NCBI GenBank assembly: GCA_964291285.2
Contig: OZ219787.1
Span: forward strand, 1,344,001-1,408,000
Direction of reading: 5' to 3'
Length of the DNA stretch: 64,000 nucleotides
Origin: Alphaproteobacteria bacterium
GTDB lineage: Bacteria; Pseudomonadota; Alphaproteobacteria; Bin95
Under the pieces are notes generated by a model. That model saw nothing but the letters and a program-made list of their open reading frames with translations, was not told where the DNA came from and searched no databases. This document shows, one piece after another, positions 1-9,899 of this stretch. The position numbers and the translations under genes were made by a program. How positions within the stretch are numbered: the stretch's first letter is position 1; every line of letters starts with the position of its first letter.

Positions 1-415
1 CAACTTCGACACTGGCGAGATGCGGCTGCGCGACTCCAAGACCGGCGCGCGGATGACGCCGATGCCGGCAAGGGTGGCCGCAGTGTTCGCCGGCCTTCCC
101 CGCACGCCCGGCAATCCCTGGGTCTTCCCCGGCAGGAAGAAGGGCGCGCACCTGGTCAACCTCAACGACTCCTGGGAGCGCATCCGCAAGGACGCCGGTC
201 TCGACGGCGTCCGCCTGCACGACTTGCGCCACACCTTCGCTTCCAGGGCGCTCGCGCTGGGCGAGGGCCTGGCGATGATCGGCGACCTGCTCGGCCACCG
301 CAAGGTGAGCACCACCGCGCGTTACGCCCACCTCGCGCGGGACTCGGTGCGGGTGTCCTCGGCCCGGGTCGCCGCCGACATCGGCGCCAGGATCATGGCG
401 CCGGACGGCCGCTAG
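1..415 (+). CDS. Tyrosine recombinase/integrase, C-terminal part (5' end outside window)
   Basis: SKTG, HDLRHTFAS, LLGH, ARYAH catalytic motifs. Confidence 0.9.
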   Translation, partial: NFDTGEMRLRDSKTGARMTPMPARVAAVFAGLPRTPGNPWVFPGRKKGAHLVNLNDSWERIRKDAGLDGVRLHDLRHTFASRALALGEGLAMIGDLLGHRKVSTTARYAHLARDSVRVSSARVAADIGARIMAPDGR

Positions 416-452
416 AGCGCCCGCGTCAAGGCGTACTCCGGAAGGACACTCC

Positions 453-1655
453 ATGCACAGCACCAACAAGCTCACCCTGTCCAGACAGTCCGTCGACCGG
501 CTTCCCGTCGCCGACCGGGAGATCGTCTACTGGGATCGCCACCTGCCCGGCTTCGGCGTGCGCGTCTATGCGACCGGGTCGAAGGTCTACATCGCGCACG
601 CGCGTTCCGGCGGGAAGACCCGGCGCGTCACCATCGGCCGTCATGGCGCATGGTCGACCGAGCGCGCCCGGCGCGAGGCCGGAGCGCTGATCGCGGATAT
701 CAAGGCGGGCAGGACGCCGGGCCGTCCCGGCGCGGACTCCGCGTCCGCCACCGGACCGACGATCGCCGGGCTGGCGGACGACTACATGACCCGGCACGTG
801 GCCCTGCGCTGCAAGCCGTCCACGCAGCGATCCTGCCGCCATATCCTCGACAGATTCCTCCTCCCCCGGTTCGGGGCGCTGCGCGTCGGCGAGATCACGC
901 CCGATCACGTTGCCGCGCTGCACTACCGGCTCCGCGAGACGCCCATCATGGCGAACCAGACGGTCTCCCTGCTGTCGCGGCTCTTCCTGAGGGCCGCGGC
1001 CTCGGGCAACGCGCCGCCCGGCGGCAACCCCTGCCGGTTCATCAGGAAGTATCCGGCGCGAAGCCGCGAGCGCTTCCTGTCCGAGCAGGAATACGACCGG
1101 TTGGGCGCCGCGCTCGACGAACTCGAGGGCGCCGGCCGGGTTCTTGCCAGCGCCGCCGCGGCGATCCGCCTGCTGATGCTGACCGGCTGCCGGCGCAACG
1201 AAATCCTCACCCTCAAATGGGAGGATGTCGACCTCGAACATGACGAGCTCCGGTTGCGCGACGCGAAGACCGGAGCGCGCGCGGTTCCGCTGTCGCCGAC
1301 GGCGAGAGGAGTGCTCACCGCCATCCCCCGGCAGCCCGGCAATCCCTGGGTCATCTTCGGGCGCGAACCCGGAACGCACCTCGCCAATCTCAACTCGTCG
1401 TGGCAGGTGGCCCGCCGCGAGGCCGGACTCGAGGACATGCGGCTTCACGACCTTCGCCACAGCTTTGCCAGCAGGGCGCTCGCGCTCGGCGAGAGCCTGC
1501 CGACGATTGCCCGGCTCCTCGGCCACAGCCAGATCCAGACCACCGCCCGCTACGCCCACCTTGCACGGCAACCGGTGAAGACCGCCGCCGCCACCGTCGC
1601 GGACAGCCTCGCGGACGACATGGGGCCGGCGCCCGGCGCTCCCTCCATCACCTGA
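453..1655 (+). CDS. Tyrosine recombinase/integrase with N-terminal arm-DNA-binding domain
   Basis: WDRHLPGFGVRV N-terminus; TGCRRNE, AKTG, HDLRH, LGH, RYAH all intact; AAGGA RBS. Confidence 0.93.
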   Translation: MHSTNKLTLSRQSVDRLPVADREIVYWDRHLPGFGVRVYATGSKVYIAHARSGGKTRRVTIGRHGAWSTERARREAGALIADIKAGRTPGRPGADSASATGPTIAGLADDYMTRHVALRCKPSTQRSCRHILDRFLLPRFGALRVGEITPDHVAALHYRLRETPIMANQTVSLLSRLFLRAAASGNAPPGGNPCRFIRKYPARSRERFLSEQEYDRLGAALDELEGAGRVLASAAAAIRLLMLTGCRRNEILTLKWEDVDLEHDELRLRDAKTGARAVPLSPTARGVLTAIPRQPGNPWVIFGREPGTHLANLNSSWQVARREAGLEDMRLHDLRHSFASRALALGESLPTIARLLGHSQIQTTARYAHLARQPVKTAAATVADSLADDMGPAPGAPSIT

Positions 1656-2325
1656 CCGGCAGCCCCGTGCGCACTGCCGCTGAGAGTCTGTTCCTGGAGT
1701 AGCGGTTGGCCTCAAGACATGGTCGCTCAACGGGTCTTGAGGCCGATATGACAAGATTCCCGTTGATGAGGACGTCCGGGCTGTCGGGAAGGAGCGCAGG
1801 ACAGGGAAAGGGGACATTCCCGAACGCGTCCCGGTCCGGGAATCCCGAAAGAGGCTGACGGGACTCGACTTCCCGTTCCGTTCCGTGACAAATTCTCCTC
1901 GTCAACATTGCACGCACCCGCTCTGTCGGGTCGCCCGCTCAATAGAACAGCCGAACCCGGCGAGGGAGTAGCTACTCGCTGGCCAACAGGCCCGCCAATG
2001 ACGACCCGCGCTGCGTCGAACCGGTTTCGCTCCGCTGATCGCCGACAACTGTTCCCGACCTTGCCGACCGGTCCGGATGAAGCGGGGCCTGACGGCAGTG
2101 GGACGGGCCGCGAAACAGCAAACAGGCATATCCCGCTAAGGCGACAACCGGAAGATCATGCAAGAGGGGGGCTGGCAGACTGCTCAATGTCTGGGATACA
2201 CTTGAACACAATCGCTCCGCTGTCCAAAAGGTGAGCCACTCGGAGAGACGCCAAGTCCAAAGTCCATGGTGCTCGTACCCCCGACATCGCTCCCCTTGGC
2301 CGTGACACGAAGAAAACCAGCATCA

Positions 2326-4006
2326 GGGTGCAGGTCCCGTATGGCGATTGCAACCATTTGATTTATTGAGATTTTATGTTCTTTTCGGATGGCCTTTGGG
2401 GTCGATCGGTGACAATCGGGGTTTCGGGGTCGGGATTTTGTCACGGCCGCTCGGTGGCAGGGCCGGAAGCGGGACCGCTCCGCCCGCCGGAGGCGGGTAG
2501 GATGTCGTTCTGAAGCAACCGCAACCACAGGAGCGGCCCCATGGCAGTTTCGCAGTCTGCATCCTGCTCGTCCATCGATCTTGCCGGCTTGCCGGCTCGG
2601 ATACTGGAGGCGCTGTCGGGGCTGGTTGCGGTTTGTCGTGAGCCGCCTGCTTCCGCGCCATGCGCGGTTGCATTCGAGGAAGCGGAGCTTCGTGTTCGGG
2701 AGAGCGTGAACGCGCTGGGTTGCGAGGTTCCGGGAGCTTGGGTGGAAGGTCTGGACGACGGGGCGTTGCGGGTCGAGCAGGCCGGGCAACGCCGGTTCCG
2801 TGTGGCGGCGACGCCGAAGACGATCATGAGCACGCTCGGCCCGGTGACCTACAGGCGGGCGCGCTATCGCCACGGCGTGGGCGGCCCCTCGCTCGTGCCG
2901 GTGGACGAGAGCCTGGGGCTGGTGAACGACTGGCTGACGCGCCCGGCCGCCCGGATCGGGCTGATGATGATGGGTCACGGCACGGCGCGGGAAGCGGAGG
3001 GGTTCTTCTCGGAGATGGGCGCCATGAGGCCGTCGGCGAGCACCTTGCAGCGGCTCGCCTGCAGCCTGCATGAGCGCTGGGAGAGCCTGGGGCCGCAGGC
3101 GCTGGACAGTATCCGCAGCACGGAAGACATCCCATCCGGGGCGGTCAGCGCCTCGGTCTCGCTCGACGGCGTCATGGTGGCGCTGCGCGCCGGCGAGGAC
3201 GGGCGCGACGAGGCCTGCTGGCGCGAGGCCGCCTGCGGCACGGTCTCCTTCCACGACGCCCAAGGCGAACGGCTCAAGACCCTCTACTTCGCCCGCATGC
3301 CGGAGAGCGGCAAGCCCACGCTGAAGGCCCAACTCGCAAGCGAGGTCGCGCATATCCGCCGCGCGCGCCCCGATATCGCGGTCGTTGCGCTCGCCAGAGC
3401 CTGCCCCTGCGAAGGCGGGGGGCGCCCCCGACAACTGGACCTTCCTGGAGAGCCTCTCGCCCGAGGCCGAGGCCGTCGACTTCTGGCACGCCTGCGAGCA
3501 TCTCCGCACAGCCTCCGACCATGCCGTCGATCCCCGCTGGTTCGAGACTTACCGCCATACCCTGCGTCATGACCCGTGCGGCGTCGCCAAGGTGACCCGG
3601 GCGCTGCGCTATCTGCGCGACAAGGCAGGCAGCAACCGCACCGCGCGCAACGCCATCGAGCGCGAACTCGCCTTCTTCTGCAAGCACCGCAAGCGCATGC
3701 GATACCGCAACCTCAGCGACCGGGGCATCACCATCGGCTCCGGCGTTGTCGAGGCCGCAAACAAAACCCTCGTCACACAGAGGATGAAGCGCTCCGGCAT
3801 GCGATGGCGCATCGCCGGCGGCCAGGCCGTCCTCACCGTCCGCGCCCTCATCAAATCCGGACGCTTCGACCGCGCATGGAATGCCCTCATGAGCGATGAC
3901 GATATCCCCGCAAACGAAAACAACCGCACCGGAAACCAACAAAGCCGCGCCGCATGAACCCTGACCCTCAGCCCAGCGCCATCATCGCCATACGAGATTC
4001 ACGCCC
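2326..4006 (+). mobile_element. ISKra4-like insertion sequence (IS256 superfamily)
   Basis: 23-bp imperfect IRs GGGTGCAGGTCCCGTATGGCGAT / GGGCGTGAATCTCGTATGGCGAT (revcomp of right end); no TSD seen. Confidence 0.75.
2541..3957 (+). pseudogene. ISKra4-type transposase, frameshifted by a short palindromic insert at ~3396-3420
   Basis: SLDGV, (D)GAPDNW, DFWHACEHL, IGSGVVEAANK, QRMKRSGMRW split over two frames (2541..3572 and 3385..3957). Confidence 0.85.
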
Positions 4007-4495
4007 CGCACGGACCGTCGAGACAATCGCAACCACGACCTTCCGGGGCCTCAGTTCCCTGATCTCATTGAAAGCAAGCGGGAACTCAACTCAGGACCCG
4101 TCGGGCGAGGAGAACAAGATGAAGAATCTCAGGCGAATAGCGCGTCTGAAGGTCATTGACGAAGGAGACGCATATAAAATCACCGCAAGGATGTTGAGGC
4201 TGGCGACAAGCCTCCGCCGCGCGGCGGAGATACTTGACCAAGCGCACAACGAAGCAAGGGAAGGCAGAAACCGGGAGGATTTCTCCGCCGCGTTCTACGG
4301 GACACCGATTCTGCGGGCACAGTCAGCAGAAATTGCACTGAAGGCGCTATGGCGCATCGGACACAACGAGGAACGTGGCGCGCCCCCGCATCACCACAAT
4401 CTGACAAAGCTGCATGATGCTCTGACCGAACCGATTGTTAGCGACGGTTACAGAGCGCGCCTATTCGCTGACATTTTTCGGCCGGTTGCGGTTTT

Positions 4496-5368
4496 TCAGT
4501 TGATCTGTTGGTCATCGGTTTCGATTGGTTCGCCGGCTCGGTCGCGGATGAGCATGTCGTTCCAGTCCCGGTTGTCGAGTGCGGGTCGCAGCCGGACGAT
4601 TCTGGTGTCGTTGCGGGCGAGGCGCCTTGCGGCGTGATCGCCGTTTGTGGTGGCGTCGTATGCACAGAAGATGAGGCGCGGGTTCCATGCCTCGATCCAT
4701 TTGGGGACTTTGGTGGCGACGGCGCCGGTGGAGACGGTGGCGCATTCGGTGCGTTTTACCGGGCCGAGGTGGAGGGAGAGGATGGAGAGTGCGTCGAGGG
4801 CGTTGCCGGCCAGGATGACGGCGTGTGGCCATTCGGTCTCCCAGGACATCCAGAAGCCGCCGCCCGCGGTCGTTTTGCGGTCAGCGGTGACGGTTTCGAT
4901 GCCGGTAGCCTCGCCGGCGGCGTTTCGGCGGACGAACACGGGGTTGCCGTGAGGGTCGGCATGGACCAGGCCGAGGTCGCGGCACAGGGTGACGAGCGCG
5001 TCCGCGAGGCCGCGCCGCTCGACGAGGTATCGCCGGAGGTTGGGCCAGCGGGGGTCCTTGGCCGGCGCCTGCCGGCGGCCGCCTGGGGGCATTGAGAGGT
5101 CGGACAGTTCGGCGAGGAAGTCGATGGCGTCCGGCGGGGTGCATCCGAGCGCATGGACCGCCAGTTCGATAGCCCCGGCTCCCTCCTCTGCGCGCAGATG
5201 GTCGTAGAACATGAAGCGGTTGATGGAGAGGACCGATCCTGGCCGTCTCCAGCGCACGGCATTGTCGGGATCGCTGCGGTAGCCGAGGGCTCGGGCGACG
5301 GGTTCGAGGGGATAGCCCCGCAGGCTCTCGGCCCGCACCCGCCGCTCGCGGGGGCGGGAGGGATGCAT
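4496..5368 (-). CDS. TOPRIM/primase-like (DUF3991-type) passenger protein
   Basis: GAGAIELAVH, YLVERRGL, ALDALS, CAYDA..GDHAA, RDWNDML motifs; immediately follows istB. Confidence 0.65.
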   Translation of the reverse strand: MHPSRPRERRVRAESLRGYPLEPVARALGYRSDPDNAVRWRRPGSVLSINRFMFYDHLRAEEGAGAIELAVHALGCTPPDAIDFLAELSDLSMPPGGRRQAPAKDPRWPNLRRYLVERRGLADALVTLCRDLGLVHADPHGNPVFVRRNAAGEATGIETVTADRKTTAGGGFWMSWETEWPHAVILAGNALDALSILSLHLGPVKRTECATVSTGAVATKVPKWIEAWNPRLIFCAYDATTNGDHAARRLARNDTRIVRLRPALDNRDWNDMLIRDRAGEPIETDDQQIN

Positions 5369-5370
5369 GG

Positions 5371-6165
5371 CTATGGCGACGGGACCGGGTTCGCCTTTCC
5401 AGTGCTTTGCCCGGCTTTCGGTCCGCGCCGGCGGCGGCGTTCGGCGCTGCGCTGCTTCTGACGTTCCTCGGCTTCCTTGCGGCGCCAGGAGTCGCCGTCG
5501 ATGGCGACGATCTCGGCGTTGTGGACGAGCCGGTCGACGAGGGCGACCAGGCAGGCGGCGTTTGGGAAGGCCTCGCTCCACTCGGCGAAGGGGCGGTTCG
5601 TGGTGATTATGGTTGAGTTCTGCTGGCTGCGGCTTGAGACGATGTTGAACAGCAGGTCGGCGTGGCGGTTGGAGTAGGAGAGATATCCGACTTCGTCGAT
5701 GACCAGCAGGTGCTGTCGGGCGTAGAAGCGCAGCCTGCGCTGGAGCAGGGTGTCGGAGTCGATGGCGGCGAGTTCGCCGAGCAGGCTGGCGGCGGTTGCG
5801 AAGCGCACGATGTGGCCTTCGAGGACGGCGCGGTGGGCGATATTGGCGGCGATGGTGGACTTTCCGACGCCGTTGGGTCCGACCAGTACGAGGTTTGCGG
5901 CCTCCTTGAGGAAGTCGAGGGTCATGAGGTCCTCGACGGCCATGCGGTCGCAGCGCCTTGGCCAGTCCCAGTCGAAGTCTGCGAGCGGCTTGAACTGTCC
6001 GAGGCGGGCGTCGGCGAGGCGGCGTTTGAGGCTTCGGGCGCGCTTCTCATCTTCTTCCCACGCGATCAGGGAGGCGAGCCAGTCGCGCTCCGCGACTTCG
6101 CCCCAATGGGCGAGGAGGCCGTGCAGGCCCAGCGCGCGGGCGCGGTTCATGAGGGTGTCGGTCAT
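5371..6165 (-). CDS. istB: IS21 helper ATPase
   Basis: Walker A GPNGVGKS, Walker B LLVIDEVGY, TTNRPF, DRLVH. Confidence 0.93.
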   Translation of the reverse strand: MTDTLMNRARALGLHGLLAHWGEVAERDWLASLIAWEEDEKRARSLKRRLADARLGQFKPLADFDWDWPRRCDRMAVEDLMTLDFLKEAANLVLVGPNGVGKSTIAANIAHRAVLEGHIVRFATAASLLGELAAIDSDTLLQRRLRFYARQHLLVIDEVGYLSYSNRHADLLFNIVSSRSQQNSTIITTNRPFAEWSEAFPNAACLVALVDRLVHNAEIVAIDGDSWRRKEAEERQKQRSAERRRRRGPKAGQSTGKANPVPSP

Positions 6166-7667
6166 TCTTCGCTGTCCTTTTCATGGTAGCCGGCCAGCCC
6201 GTCGTATCCGCCGAGATCGTGATCGCGCACGGCGATGTCGCGCACGCGCGGGTCCCTGGGCAGGTCGATGGGGATCGGCGGCGGCCTGTCCTGCAGTTCG
6301 CGCCGCCGTGTGAGGCTGAGGCGCACGGCATTGGGATGGGGGACGCCGCGTTCGAGGGCCTCGTCGATGGCGGCTTCGAGCTCGGCGGCGCCGTATTGGT
6401 CGAGCAGGCGCAGCAGGGCGGCGACGGTGGCGCCGATATAAGCGCCGCGGGGGGCGGCCTCGGCGATCAGGCGCTCGCTGTTGGGCGCGGCCTGGAGCAG
6501 CCGGCTCTGCCCGCGCAGGCTGCGGGCGTGACGCTTGCGCCTGACCAGCTCCTCAATGTGTTCGGGGTTCTCGATGCGGGCCGCCTTGTCGAAGCTGCGC
6601 GGATGGCGGGCGATGACCTCCATGCCGTCGAGGATGCGCACCTCTTCCAGCGTCGCGGCCACGGTGAGGGTGCGCCGGACATGGGTATGCGGGACGCTGT
6701 AGTCATTGAGGTCGAACCTGGCATAGGGGGTCTTGGCGATCCTGACCTCGACCCTCTCGTCGACGGGGGGACGGTCGTCGGGCAGCGCCATCAGGGAGCC
6801 GCGCTCGCGCTCGAAGGCCTCGCTCACGGTGAGGGAGCGGTCGTCCGGCCAGGGGCGGTCGGCGGCGACGCCCTCGCACCACTCCCGGGCCTGGGCGTTG
6901 AGATCGTCGAGGTCACGCCAGGCGCGGGCGGCGAAGAAGCTGTCGCGCACATAGCGTATGGCCCGCTCGACGCGGCCCTTCTCGTTGCCTCGGGCGACCG
7001 CGACCGGCTTCGGCAGGAAGCGGTAGGCGCCTGCGAAGTCGAGAAGCCGGGGATTGAAGCGGATGGCGTCGCCGCGCCGCTCCAGCACGACGCTCTTCAG
7101 ATTGTCGTACCAGAGCTCGCGGGGCACGCCCTGCCAAGCCTCGAAGGCCTCGACATGGCCGCGCAGGAAGTTGTCCATCCCGGCGTTGAGGTAGAAGCGC
7201 AGGAAGAGGCGGCGCGAGTGGCCGAGCACCATCACGAAGGCCATCAGCGGGCGCTCCGCACGCCCGATCCTCACCTTGCCGAAGTGGGCCCAGTCGACCT
7301 GGGCCTGCTCGCCGGGCAGGGCCTTGAGGCGCAGATAGGCCTCGGCCACCGGCCGCGGACGCCCGGGCGCGATCATGCGCCGGAAGTGGCTCTCGCACCC
7401 CCGGTAACCGCGCTCGACCGCCATCCGGTAGAGCCGGCTGGAGGGCAACTTCGGCCAGACCGCCAGGGTCTGGCGGACGAAGGGCAGGAACGGATCGATC
7501 ATCGAAGATCTGCGCCGCTTCTCAGGCGTGGGCGCCCCGGCGGCCGCCACCGCGCGCTCGACCGTGCCGTGGTGGACGCCGAGCTGGCGCGCGATCGTGC
7601 CGATCCGCCACTTCTCGGCAAAATACAGCCGCAGGATCTCGGCCCGGGTCTGCTGGTCGATCGCCAT
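6162..7667 (-). CDS. istA: IS21 transposase
   Basis: N-terminal HTH, PGEQAQVDW, YDNLKS, KGRVER. Confidence 0.93.
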   Translation of the reverse strand: MAIDQQTRAEILRLYFAEKWRIGTIARQLGVHHGTVERAVAAAGAPTPEKRRRSSMIDPFLPFVRQTLAVWPKLPSSRLYRMAVERGYRGCESHFRRMIAPGRPRPVAEAYLRLKALPGEQAQVDWAHFGKVRIGRAERPLMAFVMVLGHSRRLFLRFYLNAGMDNFLRGHVEAFEAWQGVPRELWYDNLKSVVLERRGDAIRFNPRLLDFAGAYRFLPKPVAVARGNEKGRVERAIRYVRDSFFAARAWRDLDDLNAQAREWCEGVAADRPWPDDRSLTVSEAFERERGSLMALPDDRPPVDERVEVRIAKTPYARFDLNDYSVPHTHVRRTLTVAATLEEVRILDGMEVIARHPRSFDKAARIENPEHIEELVRRKRHARSLRGQSRLLQAAPNSERLIAEAAPRGAYIGATVAALLRLLDQYGAAELEAAIDEALERGVPHPNAVRLSLTRRRELQDRPPPIPIDLPRDPRVRDIAVRDHDLGGYDGLAGYHEKDSEE

Positions 7668-7668
7668 C

Positions 7669-8103
7669 TCACTCCCTTCGCGCCGGGCGCAGGCCCGGAT
7701 AGACCGCCCGGGCGCAGAACCGCCCGCAGTGATCGCAGCGGAACACTCCGGCGGGACGGTCGGGTCCGAAGGGCCTCCTTCCCGAGCGCCCCGCCGGCAT
7801 GCCCGCCACAACAGGACGGCGCGGTGAACGGGTCAAAGGGTGATGCGTCACTTTCTGCGCACGGCGCCCCTCCTCAGGCGCACGGACGCGACGGCGCTCG
7901 CGGTAGCGCCGCTGGCGTTCGGCATGCTTGTGACGGCCCCGCCGGCTGTTCTGGTAGCGACGCCCGGCAAGGCGCAGCGAGCGCCGCCGCGCCCGGCCGC
8001 TGCACGGACGCGAGCAGTAGATGTTGCCGTGGTCGCACCGCCGGCACAGCACAACCTGGCGATGGCACGAAGCGCAGGTGAACAGGCGGGCGGCGTTCCT
8101 CAT
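7669..8103 (-). CDS. Cys-rich, Arg-rich putative zinc-binding protein upstream of istA
   Basis: CASC-x6-CRRC-x6-CSRPC pattern; stop abuts istA start. Confidence 0.6.
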   Translation of the reverse strand: MRNAARLFTCASCHRQVVLCRRCDHGNIYCSRPCSGRARRRSLRLAGRRYQNSRRGRHKHAERQRRYRERRRVRAPEEGRRAQKVTHHPLTRSPRRPVVAGMPAGRSGRRPFGPDRPAGVFRCDHCGRFCARAVYPGLRPARRE

Positions 8104-8773
8104 CGCAAAGACCGATGAGAACGGGGTGGACCCACGCCCGAACGCCTACGATACTGCGCATACGGGCCGTGCCTTGCATGGCTCGGGGGGTGCGGCGCCG
8201 GTCGTTGCCACCTAGCAAACGGGGCCGGCGCCGCATCGTTCTCAGCAGCCCCAGTCTACCCCCTCGCGCAGCCCGGCGACCCCCGCCGACAGCGCCAGGA
8301 CACCCTCCCCTCGGCAGGCGAAAATATCAACGCGACGGGGGCCGGCGACTCCAGTCGGGCTACGCCCTCCTTCCGTCCCAGGCCCCCGTCACAAACACCG
8401 CCGCACCACAATCACTGCGATCATCACGCCCCGCAAAAACGCGCAACGCCAGCAAATAAGCGCCTTTTACGACCGTCACCTACACCGATCCAGAAGCTGC
8501 TGGCAGAGGAATTTCCCGAGATACGAGACCCGTCGTGTCCACACTTCCCAATACCGGTCCGCCAAGGACTGCGGACAATCCTCAACGAACACGAAACCGC
8601 CCTCGAAGATTGGCGCTACGCCTACGAACTCGGCAGTCTCAGGTTCGAGCACGTGTTCGACGAGGTGCTGGACACGCTTATCAGCGTAGGCTGGCAGCTG
8701 CACAACCTGTGGCTCAGAAGGCTGCTGGAAGAAGACGCACAGGCTCCGAGCCAGCCGTGAATCGCTCGAGGAG

Positions 8774-9899
8774 TAATACCAGCGGGCATAGTTCAGAACC
8801 CATTGGCCCATTTTCGGGTTCCGATGGAGGCGATGCGTTCTGGTTGTGAGACGAGATTGTTCCAGGCCTGGCAGCAGTGATCGAGTATGTCGTCGTAGTT
8901 CTGGAAGACGCGGTTCGAGAGCCAATTTTCGCGCATGAACTGCCAGACATTCTCGACGGGATTGAGCTCGGGGGACCGGGGCGGGAGCGGCATCAGGGTT
9001 ATGTTGTCGGGGACTTTGAGGGCCGGGGATGTGTGCCATCCGGCCCGGTCGAGCATGACGAGGGCATGGGCTCCGGGTTCAACGGTGAGGGCGACCTCGG
9101 CGAGGTGGGCGTTGAGTGCCTCCGTGTTGGCGTGGGGCATGACGAGGCCGGCGGCCTTGCCCTTCTGCGGGCATATGGCGCCGAAGATGTAGGCCGAGAT
9201 GGTTCTCTGGTCCTTGGGCGCTGACGGTCGGGTGCCGCGTTTAGCCCATCGCCGGGTGATCTTGTTCTTCTGCCCGACGCGCGCCTCGTCCTGCCACCAG
9301 ACTTCGACCTCGACGCCGTCGCCGAGTGCAGCGCGGATCTCCTTCAGGCGGTCGGGGAAGTTTTTTTGAACCCTGCCAGCGCGGCTTCGTCCCGGGCATG
9401 GTGGCGCGGGCGCGCAGACAGCCTGGCGTAGCCCATCCGGCGCAACTCCCGCCCGACCGTCGTCTCCGCCAACGAGATGCCGAACTGCTCGCTGAGCCAT
9501 GCCGCCAGGTCGCAGCGCCGCCACCGCACCACGCCGTGGATCGCCGGGTCCGGACCGCTCTCCACAACCGCCGCCAGCGCCGCGCGCTGCTCCCCGTTCA
9601 ACTTGCGCGGCGGACCTGAGGCCTTGCGATCCTTCAATCCCTCCGGGCCTTCCGCGTTGAAGCGAAGAACCCAGTCCCGGATGATCTGCAAGCCCACCCC
9701 CGCAAAACGCGCCGCATCCGAACGACGGTAACCGTCGTAAATCACCGCAAGCGCAAGAAGGCGACGGTTCTGCGAACCATCCCGGCTCCGCTGCGCAAGC
9801 CGCGCAACTGCGCCGCATCAAAATCCTCCCTCAAGGGGATTGCTGCCCTCATAACGACCCTCCAATCGCAGAATCGCTATTGAGTCAGAACTCGATAAC
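8774..9899 (-). mobile_element. IS630-family element (boundaries approximate; upstream end cut by the next IS)
   Basis: Transposase ORFs inside; upstream side abuts IR at 9900. Confidence 0.75.
8793..9852 (-). pseudogene. IS630 transposase orfA/orfB with A7 slippery site at 9361-9367 and an extra frameshift near 9800
   Basis: WWQDEARVG, LDRAGWH, SPELNPVENVW; HTH orfA; TTCAAAAAAACTTC junction. Confidence 0.85.

Larger units (their letters stand above)
4436..8484 (-). mobile_element. IS21-family element with two passenger genes
   Basis: TG...CA ends, IRs TGTTAGCGACGGT / TGTAGGTGACGGT, 5-bp TSD CCGAT (4431-4435, 8485-8489). Confidence 0.9.
4119..8760 (+). pseudogene. HEPN-like domain protein split by IS21 (4119-4435 + 8490-8760)
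   Basis: GAGGAG RBS; AQSAEIALKAL...HNLTKL before the IS, in-frame continuation PIQKLL...EDWRYAYE...QP* after it; CCGAT duplicated. Confidence 0.7.

Noticed and set aside
426-1817. Long antisense/alternate-frame ORFs (e.g. 426..1817, 6183..8081, 19879..21516, 22982..25156, 55205..57106, 63175..63930)
   Set aside because: Shadow ORFs of real genes in high-GC DNA, with no recognisable motifs
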